This document shows positions 1-14,856 of a stretch of 64,000 nucleotides of DNA, piece by piece (positions within the stretch are counted from its first letter, which is position 1; each line of letters starts with the position of its first letter). This DNA comes from the human T2T-CHM13v2.0 reference genome, Homo sapiens. The stretch lies in NCBI RefSeq assembly GCF_009914755.1, contig NC_060937.1, one strand, 5' to 3'. Position numbers and translations under genes: made by a program. The notes beneath the pieces are model-generated. The model searched no databases. It saw nothing but the letters and a program-made list of their open reading frames with translations, and was not told where the DNA came from.

Positions 1-301
1 AAGTCTATTCTTAAGGTGTAAGACTGAACTAGGAAAAAAAAAAAAAAAAAGAAACAAATTTTTTTCTCTTTGGCTTTGTGTGGAGAAGGATAACAGTCTC
101 TACTGAAAATTCATGATCACATCCCAGCCCATGATCTGCGTGATGTTGAAAGACTCAAGCCAAGGCTTCCATTTAAAGTGGATCTAGTTTGTTACTTCCC
201 TAGGCACCTGGAAAAAAATAAATGCAAATTGTCCTTGGAAAAATGGACCTTAGTCTTCAGTAATTTTCCGTGATTAAATTTGCATGGAAAATGAGCTCTT
301 G

Positions 302-340
302 GGAGAGAGAGAGAGAGAGAGTGAGAGAGAGAGAGAGAAA
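302..340. repeat. (GA)n microsatellite
   Basis: GAGAGA run with one GT interruption. Confidence 0.95.
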
Positions 341-507
341 GAAAACATTCTACTAGGAATAAGAATCAGTACAAGTAATGAACAGCGGAATTAGACTCCT
401 AAATACTACAAATATGAGAACTACAAATATCAAAATGTATTAAAATTATGTTTAATATGCTGTACATTTTTAATATGTATTTTCATATTCTGAAATTCTA
501 CTGGTTA

Positions 508-1094
508 TGAAGTGGCTACGCTGTCCGGAGTATATACCCTGCGGTTCGTTGTCGTACTCCGAGAAAGAATTCAGGACACAGACACACGTGGGTGAGTTAA
601 GGAGTGGAAAATTTAACAGAAGAAAGGAGAGAGGAGAGCAGCTCCTTGCGAAAGAGAGAGATGTCCGAAAAGGCGGGAGGTGGTGGACTGTATCAGATTT
701 TATAGGCAGTCTGGAGAAGGTGGCATCTGATTTACACAGGGCTCACAGATTGGTTTGATCAAGTATGATGTCTACATAGTGTATGGGGAAGGCTGGTCGC
801 CCCACCCTAATCTTCTTATGCAAATGGGCTTTCTAGTTGATCAGTGCCATCTTGTCTGCTCCTTTACAGTACAGGTGGCTGGCAGAGAAGAGAAGATGGA
901 GCTGCCATCTTGAACATGTCTAATCCTTAGTTCCCATTGACATTCACCCACACAAGCTCCTAGCTCGCAGGCTGTTCTTAGTTAGAAAATGATTTGGGGC
1001 TGCTTTTTATTAAAAAAAAATAAAATAAAAGCCTTACAGAGGACTCTCATACCCTTGGTATCTGCTAAGTTATTCTTTCTTAACTTCTATATCA
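508..1094 (-). mobile_element. ERV1 solo LTR, MER50-like
   Basis: TG...CA ends with a 4-bp TSD GTTA (504-507, 1095-1098); homologous to the copy at 53736-54318; family name from recalled consensus. Confidence 0.8.
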
Positions 1095-1473
1095 GTTATT
1101 TTTAAGGAAAGGAAAACAAGAAAAGAGAATTAATATAAAAGTAAATTTAAAATGAATATAAAAGAATGAATTTAAAACAAATATAAAAGAATGCATATAA
1201 AATTAATATAAAAGAGTAAATATTAGAAAAAAGAAGAATACACCATCTCAAAAGACCAGGCTGATTTCAAAACTAACCAAAGCAAACTTCAGAAAATAAA
1301 ATATGCAATTTCTCCCCTGGGCTGATAGCAAGAATGGCATTAGATTTTGTTTTTACTTTACTCATTTTAAAAAAGTAAAAGAAAGGCTCTAAAGAGTTCA
1401 AATACAAAATATCTTTTCTTGGGACTTTGTTCATTTTAAGGTGGTTGATCCAATGAGGAAAAGGGCTCAGGTC

Positions 1474-2316
<843 letters not shown>

Positions 2317-2469
2317 AGTCTCAGGCTGCGCAGTTGTCCTGGGATCAATGAGACTTCAGATTGTCAATGAGGAATCTACTTCCACAATATCCATTCCCAA
2401 AACCATACCACCATCCCCTAGATCCTCAATTACACATTGTTTATTAGTAAAAGAAGGAATAGTTTCAGG

Positions 2470-2805
2470 ATTTATTTATTTATTTATTTATTTATTTATT
2501 TCTTTTTCTTTTTCTTTCTTTCGACAGGGTCTCACTCTGTCGCTCAGGCTGGAGTGCAGTAGCACAAGCATAGCTCACTACAGCCTCGAAATCTTGGGCT
2601 CAAGTGATCCTCTTGCCTCAGCCTCCAGAGCAGTTGGGATGACAGGCACACACCACCACACCCAGCTAATATATTTTTTCTTTTTTTGTAGAGATGGGGT
2701 CTCACTATGTGGCACAGGCTGGTCTCCAACTCCTGGCCTCAAGTGATCCTCCTACCTCGGCTCCCAAAGTGTTGGGATTACAGGCATGAGCCACTGTGCC
2801 TGGCC
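2470..2805 (-). mobile_element. AluJ
   Basis: Antisense Alu with (TTTA)n tail and J-type positions. Confidence 0.9.
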
Positions 2806-3948
2806 ACTTTTGCCATTTATTATACGTAAGTTTTGCTTAGGCAAAAAAAAAAAAAAAAAAAAAAAAAATGTATAGTAGTAAACTCATGAAAAGCTTCTTC
2901 CATGTTGTACCTGAGGTGTTACCTCCTAACCTGCTTAGGCTTGTTTTTGTTTCTGGTTGTTACTAAACCAAGAACTAGAGGACAGAGGCCCCTGTGTACC
3001 AAAGGAAGTCCTTGGAGGAAGGGGGAAAGCACTCGATGAGTAAGTGTTGGCAGAGCCGGCTTACATTTTCTGCAGCTGTTTGGAATGCAGTCAGGACTAA
3101 TAATGAACAGCTATCTTTCTGAACTTCATTACGGGGTAGCCCATATAAGAACAGGCACAAAATGGTTTTTGTTTTGTTTTTTAAATAACACCCCTGGATG
3201 CCCGCAGCTGGAGGGATGTGAAATAATATCACACAGGGAGGACTCTGGCTCAAACAGGGGATTCGTTTCCCTGTGGATTCCATTAGCAATCGCTCTTCTG
3301 CTGAAGAGCTGGGGAGGTGAAGCAGAGAACCAACTGGGATGATGGAAGAACTGTCCAGCCGATGGAGAAGGAGATCATCAACAACAAACCTCAAATGTTC
3401 ATGAGAAAATTTAGCAAGGACGAAGTCTCTTTAGAAACACTGATAACAGGATGTCCTGAAAATGAATCCCAACAATTGCACATCTACAGACTAATTTCTT
3501 TTTTAAAAATTCAGATATACAAAATTCTGTTGCAATATGAAAAATAGGACAGGGCCAAGGGGGTTGGGGGGCAGCCTTATAAGAGGCTGAGGTTGGGCAG
3601 AACTTAGGTTTCATCAGAGTAACACCCTAAGTCATACCTCTTTGAAGGTTTTCACTAGTTTTTTAATCAAGTAGAAAATAGAAGTTAATTTTATAATTTC
3701 CCTGTGTTTCACAGTAGTGTTTTTGGTTTTTTTTTCAGGCCATTATGGTTTTCATTTCCAATATGGGTCCAGTCATCTAACGTTTCACTTCTTCCATAAA
3801 GTCCTAAGTTCAAGAACTTCTCCAGGTTTTGTCATAAAGGCTCCTGCACAGAGTAAAACATAGGATGCTATTAAGGGCAAAAGTCTCGTTCTTTCAAGGG
3901 GATATAAAACTAGGAAAGCAGCCCTCAGCCAAGATCCCCCAGCACAAT

Positions 3949-4705
<757 letters not shown>

Positions 4706-4784
4706 AGAAAAGTATTGCTTTATGGAGGTTCATTTGTGACATCTGAAAATGTGACAAGACCTCAGACTTGTTCGAACCTCCCAG

Positions 4785-4960
4785 TTGAGAGGAAGAGCAC
4801 TGCCTTTGTCTTCACAAGATGTGGTTTTGAATCTTCTACCCCTTACCTGCTAAGGTGATGTTGGGCAGTTTCCTGAACAAGCATTTTGGGAGGGTCATAT
4901 ATGATACATGAAAATGTGTAGTCCTGGGCCCTATGAATAGCAAGAAATTAATACCTGATA
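4785..4960 (+). mobile_element. MIR fragment
   Basis: Degenerate MIR core (GGTTTTGAATC...GGTGATGTTGGGCAGTTTCCTGAAC). Confidence 0.55.
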
Positions 4961-6149
4961 GTTCAATGACTCTTCTGGATGATTCTGTGTGTGCCAGAAA
5001 TGTGAAGTCAAAATGCTGTGACTGAGTTGGGTCAAATATATACGGCTATAGTATTGGTTATTGTAGGATAAAATAAAGCAAGTTGAATTTATTTCCAGGG
5101 CTTTTCAGGTTAGCTAATGTTCTCATATTTGTTCCTTTGTACCAAAATATGAACAGCTGGGCTGCCAGAAATATGTTCTTCACCCTATTTTCTGAAGCTA
5201 GCTGCATTCCTTTTCCTTTCTAAAGTGAAAGAGGATTAGGATCAACAGTTAGACAAACTAGTGTATGTGTGTCTTTCTTGGAGAAAAGCAGAACTCACTC
5301 AGTTAGCCATTTTTCTAATAACCAAACACTCTGTCCTAAAGCCCTTTAAACTGATACTGTGTTGAATGATGTCACTAATGTTAATTGACAGTTTGCTGGA
5401 AACCATCTCTTCAAAATTCTCCTTTTCCGTTCAAGTCCTGTTTATTTTGTCACAGAATTAGAAATCAAGAAACTTCCAGAAAGAAAATGTGTGTGTGCAT
5501 ATGTGTGTACGCACATATGTTCTGGCTTTTAAACTAGGAAGGTCATTTGCAAGAGAGAGAGAAAAAAAATGCAACAAGTAGAAATGAAATTAGACCTGTG
5601 TTTATACAGTTCTCCTCATTGGCCCAGGACTTATTTTTGAAAGTTTGTAAACTGGCCTTCCAGTTTAAATTGAATAAGTAGGTGCAGCTGAGTAAATGGA
5701 GAGACCTGGGTTTGCAGCCATGTGTTTTCACTTTAAAATTACATCGAAGAGGAACACGGGGGTTAGAAACAAAAATAAGAAAGGGGGAGAGAAGACAGTC
5801 TACATTTAAAGGGAAAACGTGAGAAAACGAATAGTCAAAACAGAAGTCCAATCTGCTTGGCCCCAAAGGGGTCGGCAGCCACTCCACCATGACAGGGGAG
5901 ACAGAACAGCCTGCCCAGAGCTATCCCCACAGACCTGGGGACGAGGGGAGAGCCTGCAGGCAAGGAACACTGAGGTGCTGCGCAGGGCCTGTAAAGGCCT
6001 GGAGACTTCCAGGCTGGCATGGATTTAAGACACCTTCATCTGGAAGTCTCCCCACAGCCTCCTGGGGGAAATCCACTCTTCTGCTCAACTTAAAGACCAA
6101 CTTAGCTGATCCTCAATAAGTAAGAACACTGACTTTCTCTGTAGCTACT

Positions 6150-6558
6150 TGGTATTGGCTGAATTGCATCCCCCTTCCCAAAATTAATATTTTGAAGTCC
6201 CAAGCTCCAGTATCTCAGAATGTAACTGTTTGGAAATAAGGGCTTTAAGGAAGAAATTGAGTTAAATGAGGTCATTAGGGTAAGACCTTATTCCAGTATG
6301 ACTGATGGCCGATGTCCTTGTAAGAAGAGGAAGAGATATCAGGGGCCCGTAAACGATGAAAGGCCACGTGAGGACCCAGTGGGAAGGCAGGTGTCTGCGA
6401 GCCAAGGAGAGGCGCCTCATGAAACACTGACCCTGCAGACACCTTCACCTTGGACTTCTGGCCTCCAGAACTGTGAGGAGATATGTTTCTGTCACGCCTG
6501 CCACCGAGTTTGTGGTATTTGGCTTGTGGGTTATGGCAGCCTGAGCCACCTGATACAC
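6150..6558 (+). mobile_element. MaLR LTR MLT1B-like
   Basis: GTTAAATGAGGTCATTAGGGT and TTGGACTTCTGGCCTCCAGAACTGTGAG motifs. Confidence 0.8.
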
Positions 6559-6787
6559 TACTGAAGACAACCCTACCTATGGCTCCAGGGAAAGATGGGC
6601 CACGTTTTTGCTGTCACTGACACCGGGAGAATAGGGTGGCTTCTTCCTCTGACACCAGCGGAATCGCTTCATTTCTGCCTCCTTAACGGCCCGGGACACG
6701 TTGTAAAAGCCATCTGGAGACTGTAGTAATTCATGAACTTCTGGGTGATCGTAAAAGACTTCCCTCAGCTTACCCCTGCCACGTCCC

Positions 6788-7226
6788 TGCTACGGGTAGA
6801 ACTGTGTCCCCAGCCCCTCCCACTCCAAAAGCTATGCTAGAGTCCTAACCCCCAGGACCTGAGAATAGGACCTTATTTGCAGATAAGGTCTTTAGAGAGG
6901 TGATCGAGTTTAGGTGAAGTCATCAGAATGGGCCTAGTCCACTGTGACCGGTGTGCTTATAAAGGGGAAATGTGGACACAGAGACAGGTGCAGATGAAGG
7001 CCATATGCAGATGAAGGCAGAGAGTGGGTGATGCAGAGGCAGAGGAACGCAAAGCTCGTGGGGAAACCCCCAGAGGCTGGGAGAAGGCCTGGAAGAAACC
7101 AACCCTGACCCCACGTTGACCTTGAACTTTCAGCCTCCAGAATCATGAGACAATACATTTCTGTAGTTCTGCCCCCCCCCGCCCCGCAGTCTGTGGTACG
7201 TTCTTATGGCAGTTCCAGGAAACGAA
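6788..7226 (+). mobile_element. MaLR LTR MLT1C-like
   Basis: GTCCTAACCCCCAGGACCTGAGAA...CTTTCAGCCTCCAGAATCATGAGACAATACATTTCTG. Confidence 0.8.
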
Positions 7227-7719
7227 CGGTCCCTCTTCCCAGGGTCCATCTCCTGGCAACCTGATGAGAATCAGCTCCGGGGCGTCCAGTCCATAGGTGC
7301 TCAGAGAAGCTGTGGGGCCCGATGGCTGCACACAGTTGGTGAGAGCTGAGAGCTGCAGCAGCCCTTTGTCTGCTCACACTCAGCCCACCAGTCCCCCACC
7401 CACCCCTCCTAATGGCTCTGAATCTCCCCCATGCCTCTCCGCTTCTTCTCTCTCCACGCCCTATGTACCCACGCCCTTCTCCACTCCTGTTTTAGGCTTT
7501 AGTTCCCCGAAGTCTTCTGGTTCCCTCTCTGGCCCCTCCCGGGCTGGCGCCTGCAAACCCACCCCATCCCCCATTCCCAACGCCCCCACCCCTCCCACTC
7601 CTGGGCCCCTGCCTTCTGCGGATCCCTGAACTCGAGGCCTGGCGCGGATTGCAGATACTCAGTAAATATTCGCTGAAAGAGCAAATAAAATGAAAAATCG
7701 TGTTGAAGGGTGTGATGTA

Positions 7720-8182
7720 AAGACAGACGTATTTGTCTGTGACTATGTAACCAATTTCCCCAAACCTCGCAGTTTATTCTCACGGTTTCTGTGGGATGGG
7801 AACCGGAGGCTCAGCTGGGTTCCAGGCGGGCTGTTGGCTGAGCCTGGCTGCCACACCAGGGCTCTGCTTCCAGCTCGCTCACAGCTGCTGCCTGGCCTCG
7901 GTTCCTCGCTGGCAATGCGGAGACCTTGGCTCCTCACCACCTGGGCCTCCCCGTGGGTGGCCTGCCTGTCCTCGGGCATGGTGGCCGGCTCCCCGGCCGA
8001 GGGTTGTATGACCAAGCTGGAGAGCCGGAGATGAAAGCCACAGGCTCTTGCCACCTAGTTGTGGACAGGACGTATGGTCACTTCTGCTGGATCTATGGAT
8101 ACAATATGGGGGAGGGATTTTTCCAGGGTGTGAATTCCAGGAGGCCGGGATGATCAGAGCCATCCTGAAAGCTGCCTACCCA
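7720..8182 (-). mobile_element. Old MaLR LTR (MLT1F/G/H-like)
   Basis: TTTATTCTCACGGTTTCTGTGGG...GGGTGTGAATTCCAGGAGG...GCTGCCTACC, a reverse MLT1 pattern. Confidence 0.6.
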
Positions 8183-8474
8183 GAGAGACAAGGGTTCAAA
8201 TCCCAGACTTTCCATCAACTGGCTCAGGGCAACACTGGCCCCTCTACAGATCTCCTTGGCTGATTTTTAGCTGAATCGTGACGGCTAATAATTGGAAGGC
8301 GATGGACTGTTCAAGTGGTTGCATATGTTGCCTCACTGAATCCTCGCATCAGCCTCCAGAGCCAGCTAGTACTACTGGAGTCTACTTCAAAGGAGAACCA
8401 CTGCAGGTCACTTGCATGGTAAGGGACGGGGCCTGCAACCTTGAACCTGGGTCTGCCTCTCACTCCCTCCCATG

Positions 8475-8763
8475 GTTTTGGTTTTTGTTTTTGAGATGGA
8501 GTCTTGCTCTGTCGCCCAGGCCGCCACGCAGTGGCACGATCTCAGCTTACTGCAACCTCCGCTTCCTAGGTTCAAGTGATTCTTGTGCCTCAGCCTCCCG
8601 AGTAGCTGGGATTACAGGCGCCCACCATCATACCTGGCTAATTTTTGTATTTAGTAGAGACGGGGTTTCATCATGTTGGCCAGGAACTCCTGACCTCAAG
8701 TGATCCTCCCACCTCAGCCTCCCAAAGTGCTGGGATTACAGGCGTGAGCCACCACACCTGGCC
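8475..8763 (-). mobile_element. AluS
   Basis: Antisense Alu with small internal deletions. Confidence 0.9.
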
Positions 8764-10289
8764 CACTCCCATGTTTTTAATGTGGGAAACTGAGACTGCT
8801 GGACTGCTGAGCCTTCTGCTGAAGCCTGGGGCTGAGGAAAGGGCTTCCACCTTGCTGCGGGCTCTCACCCCGCACACATTCTGTCTGCTTTTCCTGTGCT
8901 AGGAGCAGTGCCACGGGGCTCATGGATTCTCAGGCAACACAAACGCTCACCCTGTGGGGAGAGCCTGTCTCCTCTGAACAGAGGTGGGCGGTTTGGGCTG
9001 CTTCTCAGAGTCACAGTCTGCAGGAAATCAACTCTGGCCTGATGGCACAGTGTCCGGTGGCCGCTTGGACACTGGCTCAACATGCACCAGAGCCAGGTCA
9101 CGAGCTGTCACTCTCAATTCACCTTTGTTTCCAAACATTTGTTTCTGCCACTTTAAGGGGAGGGAAGGGTTTTAGCCCAAACAAACTCATGGTTTGGAGT
9201 CACTCACTGGAGGCGGAGGACACCTCCTGGGGGCAGTGAATAGGCAATGAGAGGGACTGGAAGGTCACATTTGCAGCCAGAGCCCAGGCTGCCCTGGCAT
9301 GTCCGGCAGGACCATGGCCCGTCCTCCTATTGGACGGCTGCGTATCCCCTTTCCCTCGGTGACCACATTTCAGGACCCTTGATTTCTTTGCAAATCCCAC
9401 CCTGCCTGGCCAGTCCCCTCACTCTCATGCCGACCGCAGAACCAAGGCTGCGCCCCTTCAAAGGCAGAGTTGGGGTAATTTTACTTGACAAGACTGCTGC
9501 CTGCCCTCCTCCTCTTTCCTCATCTGCCTTCCTCTCTCCTGACCCTGTTTATTATTATCAGGAAAAAACAATAGGTCCACATTTAAACTTCAAAGAAAAG
9601 CACGGGCTCAGGTTTCAAACAACTGCAGAGGCCTGGGCTTGGGACAGCTCCATCCCGCTCTCTCACCTGAACTACGGGGAACCTGGGGATGGATTTCAAC
9701 TCTCTGCAGCCCAGCACTCAGGGTCAAGGTGAGGCCCAGTCTGTGACCACGGAGGAATTCTGGAATGTGGTGATGACCAACAGGAATTTTATGAGTGTCC
9801 CTCTGTGGAGGAGCCTGAGAGAAAGGCTCATGGAGGGCAGAGGGTGGAGGGCGTGGGACCAAGTTCCTTAGATAAGGCTGTGGCCCCATGGTAAGGGTCT
9901 GGACGGGGAAGGTCAGTGTTAACCCTTTGAAGGGCCCCCGGGGAGTGGATCAGGTTCAGAGCCCAAGGCTTTCACACATAGGTGTGTTCTAAAGCTGGTA
10001 AAGCCTCGGATCATCAGCCAGTGTCAGGTGTCACAGCATAGCCAAGCGACCAGACGAGCAGATGAGACCTTGTTAATCTCCAGTGGTGATGAGTAACCGT
10101 TCTCTCTATCACATATCACATACTGGGTGCGTTAGGGGGCCCTTAGGACTCGCTCCATTCTGCCTTACCCCACAGTGACTTGAAGGCACAGCTCCTGTTC
10201 CCCAAATGAGTCTCAGTGTGTTGTTCTCATTCCTGCCCTTTGAGTACATCTACCCAACCTACTGATTTCCCTTGTTTAATAGCATTTAA

Positions 10290-10602
10290 AGCTGGGTGCG
10301 GTGGCTCACACCTATAATCTCAGCACTTTGGGATTTTGAGATGGGAGGATTGCTTGAGACCAGGAATTCAAGACCAGCCTGGGAAACATAGCAAGACTCC
10401 CATCTCTACAAAAAAAAAATAAAATAAAATATTACCTGGGCACGGTGGTACATGCCTGCACTCCCAGCTACTCAGGAGGCTGAGGCTAGAGGATGGCTTT
10501 AGTCCAGGAGATTGAGGCTGCTCACTTGCTATGATCACGCCACTATACTCCAGCCTGGGTGACAGAGTGAGGCACTGTCTCAACAATAAATAAATACATA
10601 AA
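10290..10602 (+). mobile_element. AluJ
   Basis: Sense Alu; 12-bp TSD AATAGCATTTAA (10278-10289, 10603-10614). Confidence 0.95.
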
Positions 10603-10704
10603 AATAGCATTTAAGCGATGGAGGGAGGGAGATCCTTTAGGCCTTAACCTGTGTTGCTAAACGGACCTTCAGAACTCCACCTAACATGTCAGGGACATCT
10701 TGGG

Positions 10705-10960
10705 AAGGCAGAGTGGAATAATTAAACAAGACTTGGTGCTGATGGCAGACAGGCCCCACTCCAATTCACCTCCACTGCTAGCTCACTCCATCTCACCTCC
10801 ACTGCCAGCTGGGCCTCTTTGAACAGGGCCCATAAGATAATTGAAACTTTCAGCTTATCTCTAGAATGGGGAAAATCATACCTATTTTGCAGACTTTATT
10901 CAGAGAGAAAGAAATGCATATAATATGCCTAGCATGGAAATTAATGTCCAATGTAATAGT
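10705..10960 (+). mobile_element. MIR
   Basis: TCAGCTTATCTCTAGAATGGGGAAAATCATACCT MIR core. Confidence 0.6.
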
Positions 10961-10988
10961 TTTCTTTTTCCACTTTCCCCTGGAAGTG

Positions 10989-11034
10989 ATTCATCCAGGT
11001 GGCGCTAGGAGGGATCTTCGCCGCAGAGGGCATT
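10989..11034 (+). promoter_or_regulatory. Two tandem CTCF-like motifs
   Basis: ATTCATCCAGGTGGCGCTA and TTCGCCGCAGAGGGCATT compared with consensus CCASYAGRKGGCRS; CpGs retained. Confidence 0.6.
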
Positions 11035-13533
11035 CGAGAGATGACAACTCTAGACATCCATGCAACTTCTGTTCTTGTGCTCCTGCTGTTTTCAAATTCC
11101 ACAGTCACAGACTGCACCCTGGAAAACTCAGGACACCCTAGAGTGAACTGCTCTGAAGAACAAAGTTGCTACTTGCTTGCTACCTCTGGTTGCTACCCCT
11201 GGTTGTGTTTGGTTGCCACATAATGAAATGATTTTCCTTCCCTCTTTTATTTCCTTTCTTTCTTTTTTTTCTGCTACAAATGGAAAAATAGTTTGATCAC
11301 CTTGAATCTTTTCACCCTTGGTATTCTCCCCCTTCACACCCGAGCACCGCCCCTTGATAAATGAGAACACGTGTACTGAAATCGCAGACTTCACCCTCCA
11401 GACTCATCGTCCTCATGCTCTCAGGGGGGACATGTTTCCTTTCAAACCTCCAGAATAAATTCATCACAGCAGGAAGAACATTGTTTTTCTTAAAAAAAAT
11501 CAAATCCTGTATCACAATTATTTCATTTCAGAGGGAAAATGCTCCCCTTCCATCTGAAACTTTCTTCTCTCCAGCTCTGCAGTCTTTGACCGTGGCGATC
11601 CGGCACCCTCGGCCCGGCTGCTTTTGCAAAGTCCACACTGATTCATTATTTCAGAGAGCCAAAGGGTGACACATGCATATTTTGAATATTACCCTGTATG
11701 TAGATCTGCCTCTGGCTTGACTTAGGGGCTTCTAACTGCCTGATGTATTGGCACTCGCATGCTTTCAATGGTGTTTGCATTTAAAAAATCATCTTCAATT
11801 CTTTCATTTGGAGGGTGAACTTTCTGAAAAGGATGCTGGGAACCATGTTATTTCAGTGTTATTTCTCTACTATACCAGCCCCTTTGCAAGCAAACCCCTT
11901 TTTCCTTAATGACAACACACAGTGACAAATGCCCAGTGCTGTAAACGTGAAGCTCCTTGGTTTGACTGAGACGGTCTGTAGCTGACATCGAGAAGCAGGA
12001 CATCTTCCTGAACCAAAACACCTACTCAAGAATTCCTATAAACTTCCTTACGCTTTGTTTTAAGGAAAACCGCCTGACAAGAAGCATACTTGCTCCTCGC
12101 TGCCAGGCATCTTTCTGTTTATGTAGCCTTTGTTTACATGTATCCCCTGTTAATAACAATCAATATTTAACAGATGCACTCAGGCATCTTGGAAACTAAT
12201 TTTCTTTCAAACGCAAGCACTTTCTGGGAAGGAATAAAGGGAGAGGAGAGTAGGGTTGGCAGCCCTCCATCGCGTGACCATTTATTGTCATGGAATGTAG
12301 CAGAAGACGGCTCCTGCTATTTCCTTTTGATTTCAGTGTGTAAATCTGCTCTCACCTAAAGCTTGACCGCGTGACAGTGCAGACACACATTAAACTGATT
12401 ATTTCTGTCTGAGCTGTGTGTAGAATGTGCACTCTAAATTGCACATAAAAATGTTCTCCAAAATAGTACCACCTGCCTGCACGAGGATCATTTTCTTTCA
12501 CAAAGGCAGACTCAAATGTGTTTCTGTGATTCTGCAGCCTCTGGGCTGATGAGGGTTGTCACCCTTTCTGTGTCGGGTGCAAGCCGGGCTGGACTGGGGT
12601 TGCTGCTCTTCTTAGCCCCCTGCCTTCCACTCCAGAGGGAGATGAGGACTCCGGCGGCCTCACTGTGGTGTCTTTAGTTCTTGCTTAGAAGAGGGTCTCA
12701 GATTCCCAGGGAGCAGCTTCTCCTGATCAAAAGGAGAGAGAACAGAGGAAGGCAGGGTGGGTGGGCAGAAGGGGCTGGAGTGGAGTGAGTGGAGAAAAAA
12801 GAGGCAGAAGAACATGAAAGTATAGCACAAACCATTGCAGCCCAGGGAAGAGCACCTAGAGAAGAGGGGAGAGAAACGAACCTAGTAAGGAAGACTGAGA
12901 AAGGAGGATAAAAGTAAACACTGGGAGAGTGGCTTCATTTTTTACAAGGCAGGATGAAAACTAACCCCAGAAAAGGCAAGATCAAATTATTATGATTTCT
13001 CCAGACTAGCCCATGTTTCTCCAAACAAATGCCGTGCCCTTGCCAAGAAAAAGAAGAGAAAGATGTTCAGAAGGAGAAAGAGAGGTGTTTTGTCCGTACA
13101 GGGGCAAGCTATGGGATGTCATTCTCAACATAGCGCTTCCCTGACTCACTAACTCACACAAGGACCAGAGTAAAGGAAGTCATCTCATCCCAACTTTGAG
13201 GGCTGGGCTTGCAAATGCTTCTAATTTTCTAATATTTGGGGTTATGTGCAGGAATTTTCTTGGTCATGTTATGCTCTGGATACATAGCTTTGCGGATCTA
13301 AGCACGGAAGATAGAGGCTGCCCCTTCAGTTATAGTTGAAAAATTGAGGACCACAACTTTTCTGTCATGTCTTTATTAGCTCGGAGGGCTGAGGCTGCTC
13401 TGCTCTCTCACAGACTTTGGGACTTTTGGTTTTGGCCCCTAAAAGTCTGGGGCCCTTCATCCTCACCCACAGACTGTGCTTTTTGCTTCTATTTTCCATT
13501 TTAGCCAAGCTTCTAAGAAGTAATCTATATCCA

Positions 13534-13672
13534 TCTGGGCTCAGTGGATCATGCCTGTAATCCCTGTCCTTTGCGAGGCCAAGGCAGGAGCATCTCCTTA
13601 GGCCAGGAGTTCAAGACCAGCCTGGACATCATAGGGAGATCCCCATCTCTACAAAAAAAAATACAACAAAAA
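13534..13672 (+). mobile_element. FLAM / AluJ left monomer
   Basis: Single monomer ending in an A-rich tract, directly followed by a full Alu. Confidence 0.8.
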
Positions 13673-14034
<362 letters not shown>

Positions 14035-14293
14035 TCAGACATCTGTACGTCAGCTTCCCTCTCCCACACCCTGGCAAAGTCTAAGCCCCATGCCCAAGGC
14101 AGAGGGAGCTTTTCAGTCCATTTCTTGTCTTCGTGGTGACACCTAATGATGCTGAACTGTCCCTTGTTGAATCTGCCCCTCTGTTGAGCTACCTGACACC
14201 ATCCTCTCCTGTTCCCCTCTGCCTTTTCTGACTTGCCATTCTTCCTCTTCCTGTCAGATACCTGTTTTGTTTGGCTTGGTTTGGTTTTAGCTC

Positions 14294-14700
14294 TGTGGTG
14301 GTTAATTTTATGTCAACTTGCCCTGATATCTGGTCAGACACCATTCTGAGTGTATTTGTGGGAGTGTTTCTGGATGGGATGAACATTGAATTGGTGGAAT
14401 GACTAAAGCAGATGCTCTCCCCAATGTGGGTGGGCCTCATCCAGTCTGTTGAAGGCCTGAATAGAACCAAGTCCTAAGGAAGGAGATGTTCCTCTCTCTG
14501 CCTGGTGGTCTTCAGGCTGGGACATTGGTCTGCTTATGCCTTCAGATTTGGACTGAGGTTTACACCATTGGCTCTCCTGCTTCTTTGGCCCTTGAACTAT
14601 ATAGATCTTGAGATTTTTCGGTACCCCTGAGAGGGAGGGGGAGGGAGAGAGAGAGGGGAACCTAATGGTTCTGTTTCTCTGGAGAACCCTGACTAATACA
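14294..14700 (+). mobile_element. ERVL LTR MLT2B/D-like
   Basis: TGTGGTGGTTAATTTTATGTCAACTTG...GGAGAACCCTGACTAATACA; 5-bp TSD AGCTC/AGCCC. Confidence 0.85.
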
Positions 14701-14856
14701 AGCCCATTCTTGAGTGTTGGTGTTTCCCTCCCCTACATCTCCCTCATAGCCAAGACTCAAATGAGTCACCCAACCCAGGTCCCAGGCACATCTCAGCCCT
14801 CTGAGTTCTGCTGCTGCACCCTAGCCGCAGGTAAACTATTTTCACCAAGGTCATTG

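Noticed and set aside
2844-2868. Orphan A25 tract as a retrocopy tail
   Set aside because: No polyA signal, TSD or recognisable upstream transcript
3317-3547. 76-aa ORF with protein-like composition (EKEIINNKPQMF...)
   Set aside because: No recognisable family and no clear exon boundaries; tBLASTn or PhyloCSF would be needed
7500-8030. CpG-island promoter
   Set aside because: Only modest CpG enrichment, largely within an old MaLR LTR
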